A stretch of 64,000 nucleotides of DNA from Phoronis australis (GCA_002633005.1 NMRA01000335.1:1-64000); one strand, 5' to 3'; counted from the first letter of the stretch, positions 12,899 through 26,430 are shown. Made by a program: numbers and translations. The notes: generated by a model from the sequence alone, not told the origin.

Positions 12899-14046
12899 NG
12901 CCCTCAAACAAGCCAGATTTGCAAAAAACATAGTTGGTTGACAGTACTTTTGGACCACATTTTTGGAATTGGTAGGAAATTTGCTTCTGGAATCTAATGT
13001 TGGCTTTAGTCGAGCATCGGCAGGGAAGTGGTGGTTTTGGGGTGAAAAGTGCCGATTTTGCAATTTTTTGTCCTTATTTTTCTTAGTCTAGCTTGTTTTC
13101 CACTGGGAGTGAAAGGGTGAAAAATACAAGAGAGAACAAAGTTTCTGTGCTCATCTGTAGGGCATGTGATGTGAAATGACTCAAAACTTTTCTTTATTTG
13201 CATGCAGTTTTTGACAGAGTGAAGAAAGGGTGAAGAGTCCATTGACGTGTGTTTTGATAGGCAAATCCCTGTGAGAACTTTTCAGTGCCTCCTTAAGAAC
13301 TTCATGAAAGAGTCCATTTTAGAAAAAAACAGGACAATACAGAAGAGTTATATTTTGTTTGTATTCATTACACCTCAAATTAATGTTAAGCTTGTCTCAT
13401 TTTCTATGATTATTAATTATTCAAATGACACATTTACGCTGACAAGACCAGTATAAGGGTGAGCGTACATTTCAACTCTGTTCAAGTGCTTGATTAAAGC
13501 CACGTTTCCGTCAACAGTCTTACTTTTTGTTTATGTGCTTATTTATTACAGCACAGACACCAGGGAACGGTTTGGAATTGAATGTGCGCATCGCGAGCGC
13601 ACTCGTGTGCACGAGCCGGTAGCCGGTGGCGGATTAGGTTTCTCGAAGCACTTTGCACACTTGACATAGTTACGCATAGATTGATAGCTAAACAAAAGCA
13701 TGTTGAAAGGGGGAGGGGGGGNGGGGAGACACTTCTATAACTTTATTTGCAGTACTGAACTTGTGTGGTCCGAAGGCAAATTCCAAGCAGATCAGAACAA
13801 AATGGCTCTCGCACTTAAATCATCTTATACATTTTCTTCAATTTTCCGCAGAAATTTTTCACATTGTCTTAAGCACTGCGAAAAATTGTTTTAGTTCATT
13901 TCACTTCTTTGCCTATGACCAAAATTAAACACCACTGAAATGATTTCAGGTATGTGCATTCCTGTGCTTTGCCTGTGGAGCTGCTAGCGGTAAGTCGCCT
14001 TAAGTTCACTTCTTAATGAGCAGAACCTAACAGTATTTTCGCATAT

Positions 14047-17000
14047 AATGTTTGAACCGCAATTTTAATTGTGCTGAAATGAAGGCAATGTATAGTTTGC
14101 GGGGCTGCTCGAACTGTCGTAACCCTCAAACTGCAACAATCTCACAATATAACATAATTCAATAAATTGCCTCCCATGAATATGGCCAACGACAGATAAA
14201 ATAGGGAAGGTCATGGCGACCGCTAGTTAGAATCAAAGCGCTTTGAGCCTATACGTTGAACAAAATGGTATCGAAGGAAATAACTAACGATGAAAACGTC
14301 AATGAGAATAACAGTAATGAAAGACAGGAAAATGATATACGATAAAAAATAAATGGATATTGATACTGAAGACTGACAAATAAGTTGCAAACGATTGAGG
14401 CATTGTCGTCTGCCATTGAAATATTTCGGTACCCAAAAGATTTGCTCAAAAGTCATTCAACTTATGTTAGTTTCGACGCCGCTACAATTCGCTTTCAGTA
14501 AAAACGATAACGTCCCTTTAATACAAGATGAAAATTGTGCAACTTGGATATTCAACAAGTTTGGCACAATCTAAAAAACACATCGACAGAGAGCCATCGC
14601 CGACCCCGTATGGCAGTCATCTTGAATTTCGACAGGTCTGTTTGCAAAACCAATTGTCATTCCAGTTTCCGGGAAGTCTAGATACACCGTTTTTAATTAA
14701 ACTCCTCGGTTTCATAGCCTTTGATTTTAATAGTGTACTTTCTGTAAAACTGTGTCCGCCACATTGAATTTCTAAAAGACTGCCACCAGAATCAGAAGTT
14801 TGGCTTCTAAAAGCCACAAGCTACGATTATGGTTCAATTGTCGAAATATATTTATGCTACTGATAATAGCCTTCCTTTGTTCCCAAGGACTGAATTTCTA
14901 AAATAATATTATCGGTATTAATAACAGTCTCATGAAGTATTTGTAAGCCCATGACTATAATTTACACAAAAATAATACCCAGGTGCTTGCAATCACGTGA
15001 CTTGCATTTTTATAAAATCTTGATTTTTCACAGACTGCCACATAATGGCATGAAATTTGAAAATCCCGTTTCTCTAATCTTTTAGCTACAACAGCCTGTC
15101 TGGATTTGTTAATGTTGAAGCCTGAGAGCTCCGTTGGCAGAAATGAAGACGTCAACGTCTTGATTTTTATAGACAGCAGAGCTCTCGTGTTAAAAGGGGA
15201 GAGCTTATATCAAGGAGTGTAGAAGTATAGGAGAGTTCACTGCGCTATCTTTCCAGTCGCCGCAATAGTTATCGAGCAAAAAAAACTAGCCCCCCCAAGC
15301 GGCGAATAAGCAACACTAATTTAGCGGCGCAGTACGAACCATGTAAACACTGATAAATTCATACTTTAATGACGTTCGACGTGCAAAAAAATTACTGCGA
15401 GATTGAAAATGATTAGAATACGTAAATTAACATCCACTTATAATCGAATGAGAATGAAAATGTGTGTTTTAATCAATATTAAAGTGTATTTGTGTTTATT
15501 CTCTTGAAGCCCTCTACAAAAGCGGTCATGGTTTTGTTTCATGTTTCAGTTCTTAACATGGAAAATTATCGTTCCTTATAACAGTTCAGACCTCCATGGA
15601 CTACATAATTTGAATGATTGCTCCTGGGGGTTCAGACGGGAATTGCGGCCCCCAGGTGCCAGCAAAGGGGGTACCAGGCAAAAAGCAGGTGGGCGCCAAA
15701 TGGGTGTTGACTCCCTCCAGAGGGGTTACATGGGAGGAGTGCTACACAGGTAAAAACCAGTGGGGTATGCCACATGAGTGTTGAGCCCCTTCTATCGTCA
15801 CAAATTTTGGTTGCTCCCCTGACCATTGACAAACATGTTGTTCACAGCTCACTACTGACTTCATCTCCACCCAGGAATTTCGCATGTGTTCCCTATTCAA
15901 TGCACCAGGATACTAGTAATGCCAACAAGTGTTTGGTGCAATGGGTGTTACACAAGTTAGAAGAAAGCAAGGCAATTCATCACTACCACAAAATTGTAGT
16001 CCATTCTGATGTACTCTCACATTTAGTTTTAGAAAATACTATTATTTCTTAGACATACCAGTACAGGGTAAACTCCCCACTCTTCCACTGTAATCACCAA
16101 TAGTTATGCAGGTCAACTGCTAATGTGTAGAATAGGTCACAACTGTATTAATTCACTAGTAAGCAATGTTCAGCTCTTTTCGCCAAATAAATGCGTTATA
16201 AATAAAGCTGAAAACTAATTTACCCACAGAGGTGTTTATCATCTAGAAGCAAAATGATACGGATAGCTTGAGTTTATCAAAATTTCAGCCCAGCATTCAG
16301 ATTCTGAAAGATTCATCAGTTTCACTTTGGCTTTCTCCGAATCACAGGCTAACCATTCATAAAATGTTTCAATCTGATCAACCTTAGAAAAATATGAAAA
16401 CCATATTTAAACTAATTGTCCTTTCTACATGTGATGTCCCAGTACTTGCTTTGTGAGACGATAATCAGACATGCAAAAAAGCCTATTCCAGAGTCGTAAT
16501 ATACATGTACATAATATCCGGAGAACTTTTTAATATCTTCATTTTTGGTGGATTCGGGACGTCAAATATTGCTTGCACTGCATTCCATACCAGCTTGTTC
16601 TTCATAGCTTCATGAACATGGACTCCTCGAAGAAACGAGAGCATAACTTGCAGTTCTTGGACAAGTAGGTTGCATCCGTCTATTCATAAGGTCAGCTCCC
16701 AGCGCTTGCACCTGAACAGAAATCAATGAGGTACTCAGGAACAAATCTCATACTCAACAGGTTCATAGAAGACTGGTAGCCTACACTACACTACACTACA
16801 GAAGTCCTGTCGTACTGTGCTTGTGATTGAGACAAAACCGTCTTGGCGTCAACTAAAAAAGCTAGGACTCAAATGTCGATCCACGGATATTTTAAGGGCC
16901 ACGCCCCAGCATCATTGGCGCATAGAATTAAGTTTTCATCGACGCAATGGTGTTGTTTAACTTGAGCCAACGGACACATTAAAATTATGTCGATTTTTCA

Positions 17001-17410
17001 TCTTTTCACCGTGACCCACAGATTCTCTAACTTGACTCATGGCAGACTTGGTGCCCTGTGGCTGTGATTGTGGCTGCGTCACCAGTCATATTCATCCATG
17101 GCCATGGGTATGTTTACCTAAAATTATCCCTGCGATCGTTCGGGTGACATGTTGATTTGAAATACATGGACTGCAAGTATCCAAAAAGATGACGATCACA
17201 TCGTTTATCATAGTCCATCCGCCGGCAGCCCGGCTGTGCAGTAAGCCTATCCTACACTGTAGACAAGTGTCACCGGGACTGCGATCGACTTGTCTCACCG
17301 TGAACACCAACTCACACAATGAAAGACAGTGTATCATATTATTGAATAACAGATAATCCTTACCTTTCTGGATCCTTAGGAGTCCTAAAATGATACGTCT
17401 GGGGTTTTCG
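14047..17410 (+). repeat. Duplicated block, copy 2
   Basis: Matches 7059-7513 joined to 10006-12898 through a GT microhomology at 14498-14499. Confidence 0.93.
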
Positions 17411-17554
17411 TGGATGAATTAGTGCAATTTATCGCCCTACCCCATTGTTTTAGCGCTTCCTAGTTGAATGTTGCTTATTCACCACTTGGCGGCGCTAGTA
17501 GTAGCGATAACAGCGAGCTCACAAGTGAACTCTCTTATATTTCCACACTCCTTG
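15211..17554 (-). mobile_element. P-superfamily non-autonomous DNA transposon (2.34 kb) with decayed, intron-containing THAP domain
   Basis: 31-bp TIRs, 28/31 identical (15211-15241; 17524-17554), with CA...TG ends. 7-bp flanks CTTATAT/TTTATAT. Subterminal inverted repeat CAAGyGGyGAATAAGCAACA. THAP remnant on the minus strand. Confidence 0.8.
16545..17445 (-). pseudogene. Two-exon THAP zinc-finger pseudogene (exons 17445-17364 and 16711-~16545)
   Basis: With frameshifts it reads AINCTNSSTKTPDVSF..PKDPE|RCKRW...NCKLCSR(H/F)FEESMF...KNKLVWNAVQAIFDVPNPP. GT-AG intron 16712-17363 in consistent phase 2. Confidence 0.8.
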
Positions 17555-18707
17555 TTTATATTGAAAGCAATCTTGTAATAGTAGGCGGGTTAAGAACATT
17601 TTTGACGTACATAATGCCGTTCTTTCTGTGATCTAGGACAGGACACATGTGGATCGTTTAACTCAACGTCAGTTGTGAAGCACTCTCCTGGTTTATACCA
17701 CGTCACGAATGCTAAGACGAGTTACTGTGAAGTAATATGCTACCAATATTCACCAGCATCCAAGTAAGTATACAACCAGTGGCGGATCTAGGATATCACA
17801 AGGGGGGGGGGGCAACATTTTGTCTGTAAACAATTGCGCAAAGCACGTTTGTAGATGCGCATACACTGTAGCACCGAATGGGGGAGGTCGGGAAAATATT
17901 TCTGTTTTTTTCCTAAAAATCAAGCATTTTCCTTCATNCAGTGACTGCATCGATTGTCTTATTGTATGTTTTCAATTGTAGCTAGCTGGATAAGAATCTG
18001 CTATGCACAAGATTCGAGAATAAACAATTATCAGTGTATTTAAAAACAAATGGCAAACTGAAAAAGCAAAGAAAGAAACAACATTGCGACGGAGTCCATA
18101 ATCAGGCATATCAAGTGCTAATTTCTGAATGATGTTCAATTCTCTCAGGTTATTGCTGAAGGATTGCTTTTCACTTTGTCCAAAGGTAAAATAGATGGTC
18201 GGGCGGTTGGTTTCAGTTGTTTTCGCTCACCTGTAACAGAATAATCGGAGAAATATTAGCAAATTGTAAAGGAAAAGACATGACAAAACTACTTTTGTAA
18301 GGCAGAACATACTTGACGTTTCATCTTCATGTTTATGTGTAGAAACTAATAACCTTTGCACCCAAGTCTTATTTTATATCTGAATTAAAATATGTGAAAC
18401 AGGCTAAAAGTGATTTAACAATGTGTATTTTTCATGGCACTTAAGATGTGCTTCTGATCTCAACAAGTAAAATTCATTCTGGGTGTCAGTTTTTCTTCCA
18501 ATACAATGTTACGACATTTACTGATCTGGTAGTCCTGGGGGGGGGGGGGGGANTGGTAGTCCTGGGGGGGGAGTCTGCGATAAAATAAGGAAACTCACAC
18601 ATCTAGAGAATTTTATTGGAAACAGCATAGGTTTGAAGATAAACTGCTGTAAAAAAAGTCACCCTTGACTTCTGTGCATCACGTACCATACACCTCTTAT
18701 TTTGGGA

Positions 18708-18770
18708 TAGGCAATGACCATCGCCTCTGTTAGCCCGAACCAGACCAACAGAGGCGATGGTCATTGCCTA
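18708..18770. repeat. Perfect 24-bp inverted repeat with 15-nt loop (mini-MITE or hairpin RNA candidate)
   Basis: TAGGCAATGACCATCGCCTCTGTT (18708-18731) is the exact reverse complement of 18747-18770. Confidence 0.9.
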
Positions 18771-19339
18771 ATTTTCGGAGCACTCCCACCCAGGACAGTA
18801 TGAATATGTGCTTCTTGCCTACCCGGCATCCGGTGAGTTTCCTAAAAGAAACACTAGTTCCACTCAATAAACCTGTTATTCAGTGGGGTGACTGGTGGGG
18901 ATAACATCACCGAACGATGTTGATAGAAACTTGATTGCTAAATACTTACCAAGTAATGTTGTGTAGTCTCCGAATGGAACTGCATAGTCATAGAGCAAAA
19001 ACGGGGCTTCAGCATCCACACACTTTTTGTCAATTAGTTGACCCTTTTGACCGCAATTGTCCACGAATATGGTAACCTTAGGTCTTTTGGGAATTTTTGG
19101 CCACCTGTCGAAGACTTGCACCATGGAAATTAGCAGTAATGAGGCTTAGCGCGACGACGTATTTTGATAACAATTCCATCTTTTACCAGTTGTTTACATG
19201 CAGACAGCCACGCATGCGCAATTCAATCACCACTAGTACAGCAGCGACACCGCGAGGTGAATTCTCCGAATAGCCCCATTACTGAACTTACGGATTGAGT
19301 TGGCTACGTTGCATCCTCCTATCGAGGACTTCGGCTGAG

Positions 19340-19755
19340 ATGTCACGTGACTCATCATGTGATCGACGGCACAGTTACAGTTACAGATACCCTTTAGTGC
19401 CCTATCCCACGTTCTTGGCGACAGAAACCTCAGGCCTCCTTGTATATTTAAGCCAGGATTCTCCACCAGTTTTCTTCTCTATCCAGAATTTTGACATCAT
19501 CCAGGGAGAACGAGTGGTCCGTAGCAGCTATATGACTGAAAACCGCCGAATCATAGCAGTCCCCGTAACTGGGTCTGCGATGTTGACTGACCCGATTTTT
19601 CAAGGCTTGTTTGGTTTCCCCAATATGTGCTTCCCCACACACTAGATCCGCGCGCAAAATGCCATATAACACATCTGAATTTTTCTCTTTCGTGGTCTTA
19701 TATTTCATATTCATTAGCTGACTCTTTATGGTGTTAATTGGTTTGAACAAAACAG
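19340..19755 (-). mobile_element. Penelope-like retroelement fragment, GIY-YIG endonuclease region
   Basis: FKPINTI...DVLYGI...CGEAHIGETKQAL..R..QHRR...SAVFSH...HSF..V.ILDRE..W followed by PGLN..GGLR, the typical PLE C-terminus, with an internal deletion. Confidence 0.88.
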
Positions 19756-20499
19756 AAATATCGTAGATATGAGTAGATTAATTACCGCCATAGCTATGGT
19801 TACACAACATTAAAACACTGGTTATCGATATGTTGTGGCCACTAAATTGGTGTATTTTCGAACTGCAAATGAAATTGAATTTATCTTAAACAGGGTTAGA
19901 ACCACTTTTAACAGGCCAAAGAAATAGATAAAAGGTAACCCAAATAGACGTGTTATTGTTCTGTGGTACCCGTAGTGGAATAGTTTTAGCAGTCAGAAAC
20001 CAGCTCTACTTACCGTGGCTTTGTGCGCGGTTATCGCGACCAGCAGTTTTCAGATGAATTTTGATTGTGTCACCTTCAGAATTATATCAAAGCATTCCTG
20101 GATTGTAACATAATCATCTGTTTTTCTATTCACGTTTCTTTCACTTCCTAAATACGACTCAGTTCTTCGCCTGTTTCGTGGCTACCGCGAGAAGAAAGAC
20201 TACTCTCGTTTCCAACTACACACAAGTAAAAACTAGGTCTGTAGTTGACTTTTGAAGTCTTTCTTCAAATCACGACACTAACTTTAAGGCAGAGTCACTA
20301 CTGTTCTCGCGGGGAATAATGCATTTATCTGAAACATATTGACGTTTCCAACTTCTTAAAGCATCAACGTTTTCTATGTTCGTTAACAAACGGTAAAAAA
20401 TACCTAAAACACAGATGTTGTGTGCTGCGTCTCCAACTCCTGTCATCAGCTAGAATGCATCCTCATCGACAATTTCGGCCCCCCCCCCCTAATCTAGAA

Positions 20500-21362
20500 T
20501 CATCTCTGATGCCGGGTCCCCGAAGTTGATCAGACTTCGGTCAGTGCCACCTGTTGTCTCGCTGTAAGCATAGCCACGGCGACGCCTCGTCAGCTGATCT
20601 CACCACTGTCTCCACCAAATTCTTCCTTGACACTGTGCTGCTACCTCGGAGCTTCATCAACCTCCACTTCCTGCGATCAGTGTTGCTAACTGACTTTCAG
20701 TTCTTTCTAAGTCCAAATACGAGCCTTGAGTATCTTATCATGTCTCCACTTGTATTTTCCTTCCGCCTTCTTACAAGACGAAAAATCGTGCTGTAAAATG
20801 CAGCGTTCCCCACAACTTTAGCAAGAATCATCTTCAATTTTTGCCCATAACTTTTGGTTTGTCACACTAGGGAGTACATCATACATTGAACGCAGGAGAA
20901 AACTTCATCTGTACTGATCACTCGAAATTAGGTCGTTCGCTGTAGTGCTCCTACTGTGAACTCCTTCCCACGCCGTCCAGACGCCTTGCCTTCTCAAGCC
21001 CACAGCTTGAGAAAAGCGCTTCTCCACTTCCTGGTGACGCACTTCGTCCAACACCATTAAACGACGATCTTTCCCTCTAGTTGTCTTTCACTTCTTATAC
21101 TGTCTCATACCAAGGCCTTCACACCCTCGGGAAACTGCCCCTACCAAATCTTTATGACGAAGCCTGCACTCTGTTGATTCTACTTCCTCCTCTGAACTCC
21201 AGAAACGTCATTCTTTGCAACGCTGATATATTCATCTTTCGAGTACCGCAATGTCAGGAAAGTCCCACACTTAATGACTTTAAACTTTTCGACAATATAT
21301 CGTCTTGGTAGGCACTGTATTTTACTTCTCGAACCTGTCTGTAAATAGTTAAATCCAGACAT
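20500..21362 (-). mobile_element. Decayed Hero-clade (RLE-type) non-LTR retrotransposon fragment
   Basis: Manual translation: EKFKVIK...ECRLRHKDLVG..RG.EGLG...QGVWTAWEGV...SFLLRSMYDVLPS..N.KLW...C*SCG...QH..SSC...GKYKWRHDKIL (CCHC knuckle plus WRHD motif). Several stops. Lower boundary approximate. Confidence 0.85.
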
Positions 21363-24300
21363 GTTAGTGTCTAGGTTTTAGTAACACTTTGAGTGGTGGT
21401 AGACATTGGCCTGGGAGTCGTGACGTTGGACAAAAGAGCGTGGGACGCTTCACAACGAACCAGATTGATAACATGCCTAGACTCGATTTAGAGACCGTTA
21501 TCATCTGGAGTTGAAAATAAACAGAGGGTTTGTAATTAAAGCGTTGATTAGGTAAATCAACCAGGTTTTTTGGTCCTTGCCTCACCGAAACGAACATTCT
21601 TAAGTGCCGTTGCCTAGACTGAGCTCCGTAGACGCAAGAATATCGCGAAGGACCAGTGTCGTCACCTGCTGTACATGTACTTATAAACCCTGGCAATATT
21701 TCTTGAAGTATTTGGTGATTTGGCGTTTTCTCGAGATTCTCGCATCTACGGAACGCACGCCATAGAGGGGCCGGAGAAACTTAAATTAACGCAACAACAC
21801 GCAAGACTTAAAAAATTACGAATTTTTGAATCCTCGTTTTACGTGCTTTACTAGTGATCTCGCTGGATCATGAAACCTACAGGAGATAAGATATGTATGT
21901 GCCCCTAACATATGCCTACTTCCCTTGTTCATTTCTTCTCACGAATTATGCCATCAATTAAAGATCTTTCTCGGTGAGTCGGTGATCTCTCTTCTCCGGG
22001 CATTTTTTTTTTACCCGAGGATCCCGAAATAACTTGCTGAGAACTGTGAATTCTGATATTAGGTCTACTTTGATTCTTTTAAACGTTAATCGGCTAGTCG
22101 GTACTACATGTTTGAGCCGGCTAGTGGGGATGATCACTTGAAAAAACTGATGTCGTGCAACGCATTTTTTATAAAAAAAACAGTTTTGTGACTTTCTGGA
22201 ATAGCAAAGTTGCTAGGCAATATTGTGGCACAGACTTGTGCAAATGCACTGTTATATACATCTATGTTTTCCGTGAGGAAAAAATTGTGAGTACTTGTGT
22301 AAATGCTTATTTGTTGCTTGCTCGACGTTTTCTTAGCCTCAGGGATATGTGACATGTCTACAACAAGTCGCGAAATTTTGCAAGTGTCGACGAAGCTGTC
22401 CCGGAAAGGTCGAGCATGTTCGACTATAGGTGCAACTTTCTGACCGACACCTTGCGGAAGTGGAAAGAATGAGTGCATTTACGGACAAATAAAACATCAC
22501 ATTCACGTTACCAAAGTTACTCATTCTCACACTTTCATAATCTTGAACTATTTCGTTTTACACGGGTGTATTTGATACTTCTCTGAGACGCTCAGACCAT
22601 TTCACAAAATTTGATATTGACAACAGTTTTGGCAGCTTAAAGACTGGCCATCGAGGTTCACTCTTTGGTTATGAAATAATATCAACAAGTGCCATTAGTT
22701 GCACAATGACTCGAAATGTGTTTAAATTTACTTTGGGTATTTAAAAGGCCTACACTTACAATAATACGGAATTATAAAGCATCGGTACAGAAATAAACAT
22801 TTTCATAAAGTCCATATTATTACTTTTATTCCTTAAATTCACAGACAACCACTTTCTTCTAGATTGGCGTTGTCTATCAAAACTCGGTCTTGCAAATCAA
22901 TATCTTTGTCTTTGTGAATGTGTAACAGAGCTAGTGATGACGACCGTCCGTCATTCCATTTCCATTTTTGTCTAAGACGCACGTGCGTATTTGCGTACAC
23001 GATTGCTAGGCCTCTGTTTTATGAGGAGGCTATGGGGTAAAGCAGGATGTATGTTTCGTTCCAGATACGTTGCAGTGCAAGCGTCCCACTGCCTCTGTGT
23101 CAATTCATCAGACGCACCGATCACGTTACCGAAGAGTGACTGCACCGTAAAATGCAAATCCGGCTCTAATTGTCCCGAGCAAACTGCATTAATGTATAAA
23201 TCACAGAAGATGTTCGGCAGGCTGGAGCAACTTCATCTTAGCTACGGTTTGTTTTGGAATAGTTAACTGCAATCGTCAAGTAATTAACACACCGCTATTA
23301 AGTCACATCGAAGTTAAAAGTATCAACTCAGTGGCGGTCAACATTTTCGTTGCAGTCAGTTATTGCAATTCGACATTGGTATAATCATGTGTAATTCAAA
23401 CTTGATTGAAAACACGACTGTACTGTGTGCTGGCCCAAATTGTTACAATGTCCCGAATTGTCACAATTTTGAAGTTGTTACAATCAGCGCTGCAGACTCA
23501 AATTGTCACAATTTGCCAAATAGGTCAAAGGTCACTAAGTGCGAGCATAAATTTTGAGCTAGAGACATTTACGTATGTGATTAGTATATGAAAATAAGTT
23601 TCAATACCAAATCTTATGTCATTTGGTTTTCTTATCGGTCATTGGGTGCGTTTGTCTTCTTAATTGGCAGATTAAAATCTGTGATTCTCAGCATTGTCTA
23701 CATTTCTTGTTTAATTTACTGATGTAATACTATGACTCATGGTGCACCGCAAAGGTTCAATTGGTGCAAATGTTGTCAAATTTTGAAAATGCTACTTGTC
23801 CTACAGTTTCAATGACTAAATTTTCCACGTCAATGTACAGGTGTAAGACAACGTGCCAATTACAGACACAATGTTTCTAATACATTCAATAAGACAAAAA
23901 GATTTGACAGGTTTGCTTAATCCAAGCATAAATTTGAGCAAGACAATTAAAATTTCCGTGAACGGGTTGAGCATGCACACAAGTTTTGTTCCTAACTTTG
24001 AAGTCATCAGGTGCACTTTCTTATGAAATTTCCGTCTTTTCCAATCAGATGACTTATATTATACTGCGTCTCCGTTACTCAGCCTTATCCATTTATATGA
24101 GGAAATTAGTGAAAAGGTCATCTAACTTTCAAAATATTTCTCCATAGTTTTCAACTCTGCTGCAGAGGTGCCAGTAATTTGTGTATTTCAATTATTACTT
24201 TTTCAGGGTATCCAATCATTCAATCGGATTTCCAAGTCGATTTTTGCAAACGTAAAATCCATTCCTTACGAGGACGCTTCCTCTGAAGTCTCGAACTTTC

Positions 24301-24525
24301 ATTCAACTCGTAATCTAGTGCGTCTACGGTTGGACGTCTATGATCGCAGCATTGCGCACACTTTTTCTTTTATTGTTCTGCTATGGCTCATGAGGAAAGG
24401 GAAATGGCCAATTGGTGCAAATTGAGGGCCATTAAATTTCACAAATATGAACTTATCAATGGAGTTGTGCAGCAGCGTGTCGTTTTATCTTCCTTAGTTT
24501 TCTTGCTCTATTTTCGCGTCTTAGC

Positions 24526-25831
24526 TTCTGGACTGTAAATAGTAATAGAAGCATTTCCCCGTGTTGGAAAATAACGGTGGAAACTGTGCTGCTTTTCAGA
24601 TCTTGAGGTAAGAACTGTACCGCAAAAAGCAGATTTTACGACACGGCCGACGACGACGTAGAGTACCTTGAACCGACAACCGGCTCAGTTAAAAAACCCA
24701 TACTCGTTATAAGGTCTTAATTTCCTGTAAAGATCTTAGCTCTCAGTGTAGATATACTATATGCATCCATAACGAAACGTTTTCGTTGGATTTGAGTTAT
24801 AGATATTTGAATGATTTTGCTGGCCAGGAACACTACCTATACATGATGACTCAGATTGAAACTTCAGCGAGGCTCCAAAATAGCCGCCTGATCACCGTGC
24901 GCGGGAATTTTCATCGGTAATTCTTTTCTGTTTTTAGAGCAGTAAAACTGCTTTTTCAGGAACGACGTCTTGGGTTGATGATTTGGGTAACCCAAATTAA
25001 AGAGCTCAATCAAATTTGGCGTTGCACACGCGAATATGAGACTGCTCACCAACCATAAGGTGCGTCTTCTACCGCTAAATACAGCCTCCAACGTGGTATA
25101 TGGATTGGCTCTACTTCCCCAAATTTCATAGCTGAAAACGTGATGTATACAAAATCCGTATTTTCGCTTATATGGGATAAGTAGTTTTATACGATGTAAA
25201 TACGGGCAATCAATACGCCGTAAAATATGCTGCGAAGTACGGGAAACTGAGACAATTTGTATACAACGGTAGAAGGGCCGTATTTCACGGTTGGTGTGCA
25301 GTCTCCTGGTGGAGTAAACTCGCGTGAACGACACGACGAGAATTTGATTTGGATTACCTTAAATAATGATCCAATTAGGTGTCGTTCCTGAAAAAGCAGT
25401 TAACTGACCTAAAACAATGAGCTTTCAGCAAAGATTTACCGATGGAAATTCCGACGCACGGTGTTCAGGCGACTAATTTTAGGCCTCGCTGGTTTTGTTC
25501 TGGGTCCTCATAAATACATGCAGGTCAATTATTTGTGCATAGTATCTACAAAACAATATCGGACGAAAACCTAGTTCAAATCAAACGAAAAAGTTTTGTT
25601 ATGGATGCATATATTATATGTGCACCAAGATATTTACAGGAAATTTGAGACCTATTATCGAGTTACTGACCCGATCGTATCCTCGCATCCTTCGTCGGCT
25701 CTCCCTCGCTGATGGTTGATTTGTGCGATACAGTCCATACCTCCAGTTCTGCAAATCAGCATAGTTTTCACCGTTATTTACAGTGCCGTGGTCATCAAGG
25801 GGAAGATTTCTATTACTCTTTCAATTCCAGA
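24526..25831. mobile_element. Foldback-type element with long degenerate inverted arms (~24526-25000 and ~25345-25831)
   Basis: Several colinear inverted blocks, e.g. ACTCGTTATAAGGTCTTAATTTCCTGTAAAGATCTT vs 25627-25663, ATATGCATCCATAAC vs GTTATGGATGCATAT, CTGCTTTTTCAGGAACGAC vs GTCGTTCCTGAAAAAGCAG. Confidence 0.8.
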
Positions 25832-26430
25832 TTTTCAAAACATATACTTATCGAAAATACATTTACGTGAACGGAAATTACCGGAAATTCAAGGTACAAG
25901 AAGAAAATAGACTTGGCATGTCGGGCCGTCACACGGCAACAGACATGTAAAGGCTCATGCGGCGCCCATTTTCAGTTAACTGGACGTTACTAAGTCAATT
26001 ATTAGACGTTTGTCATTCACTGTATGGAATTTCCTACACTTCTTGAAGGCATGCGCGCAGACACTTGACTGGCAACCCTGAGAGCATAAGTGACGTGGCA
26101 TCTCGTGGAGAGTTGACTTACTGGTTTCGTCATGTTTTTCTCTAAATTTTGGCATTTTTAGCGCAAATGATCGAAATGCTCTAAGCGTGATTAAAAACAG
26201 ACAGAAAAAGTACTTCATGTATTTAAAACAGCCATACTAGAACTACTACCTTCGTATTAGTCGATTAGCCACCATAGGTCCTCACGCAAATGTTATTGTA
26301 TGGAAGCCTTGTCCTTATAATACATTTTACATTACACCTTTACAGGAATAAAATTTCACCACATTTGCTCTTGAAATATATAAAGCCAGCATTTTAGTTC
26401 ACAAATATCATGGCATTTGAAATAATTTAA

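Noticed and set aside
19100-19340. Hammerhead ribozyme expected next to the Penelope fragment
   Set aside because: No CTGANGA...GAAA core with supporting stems found by eye.
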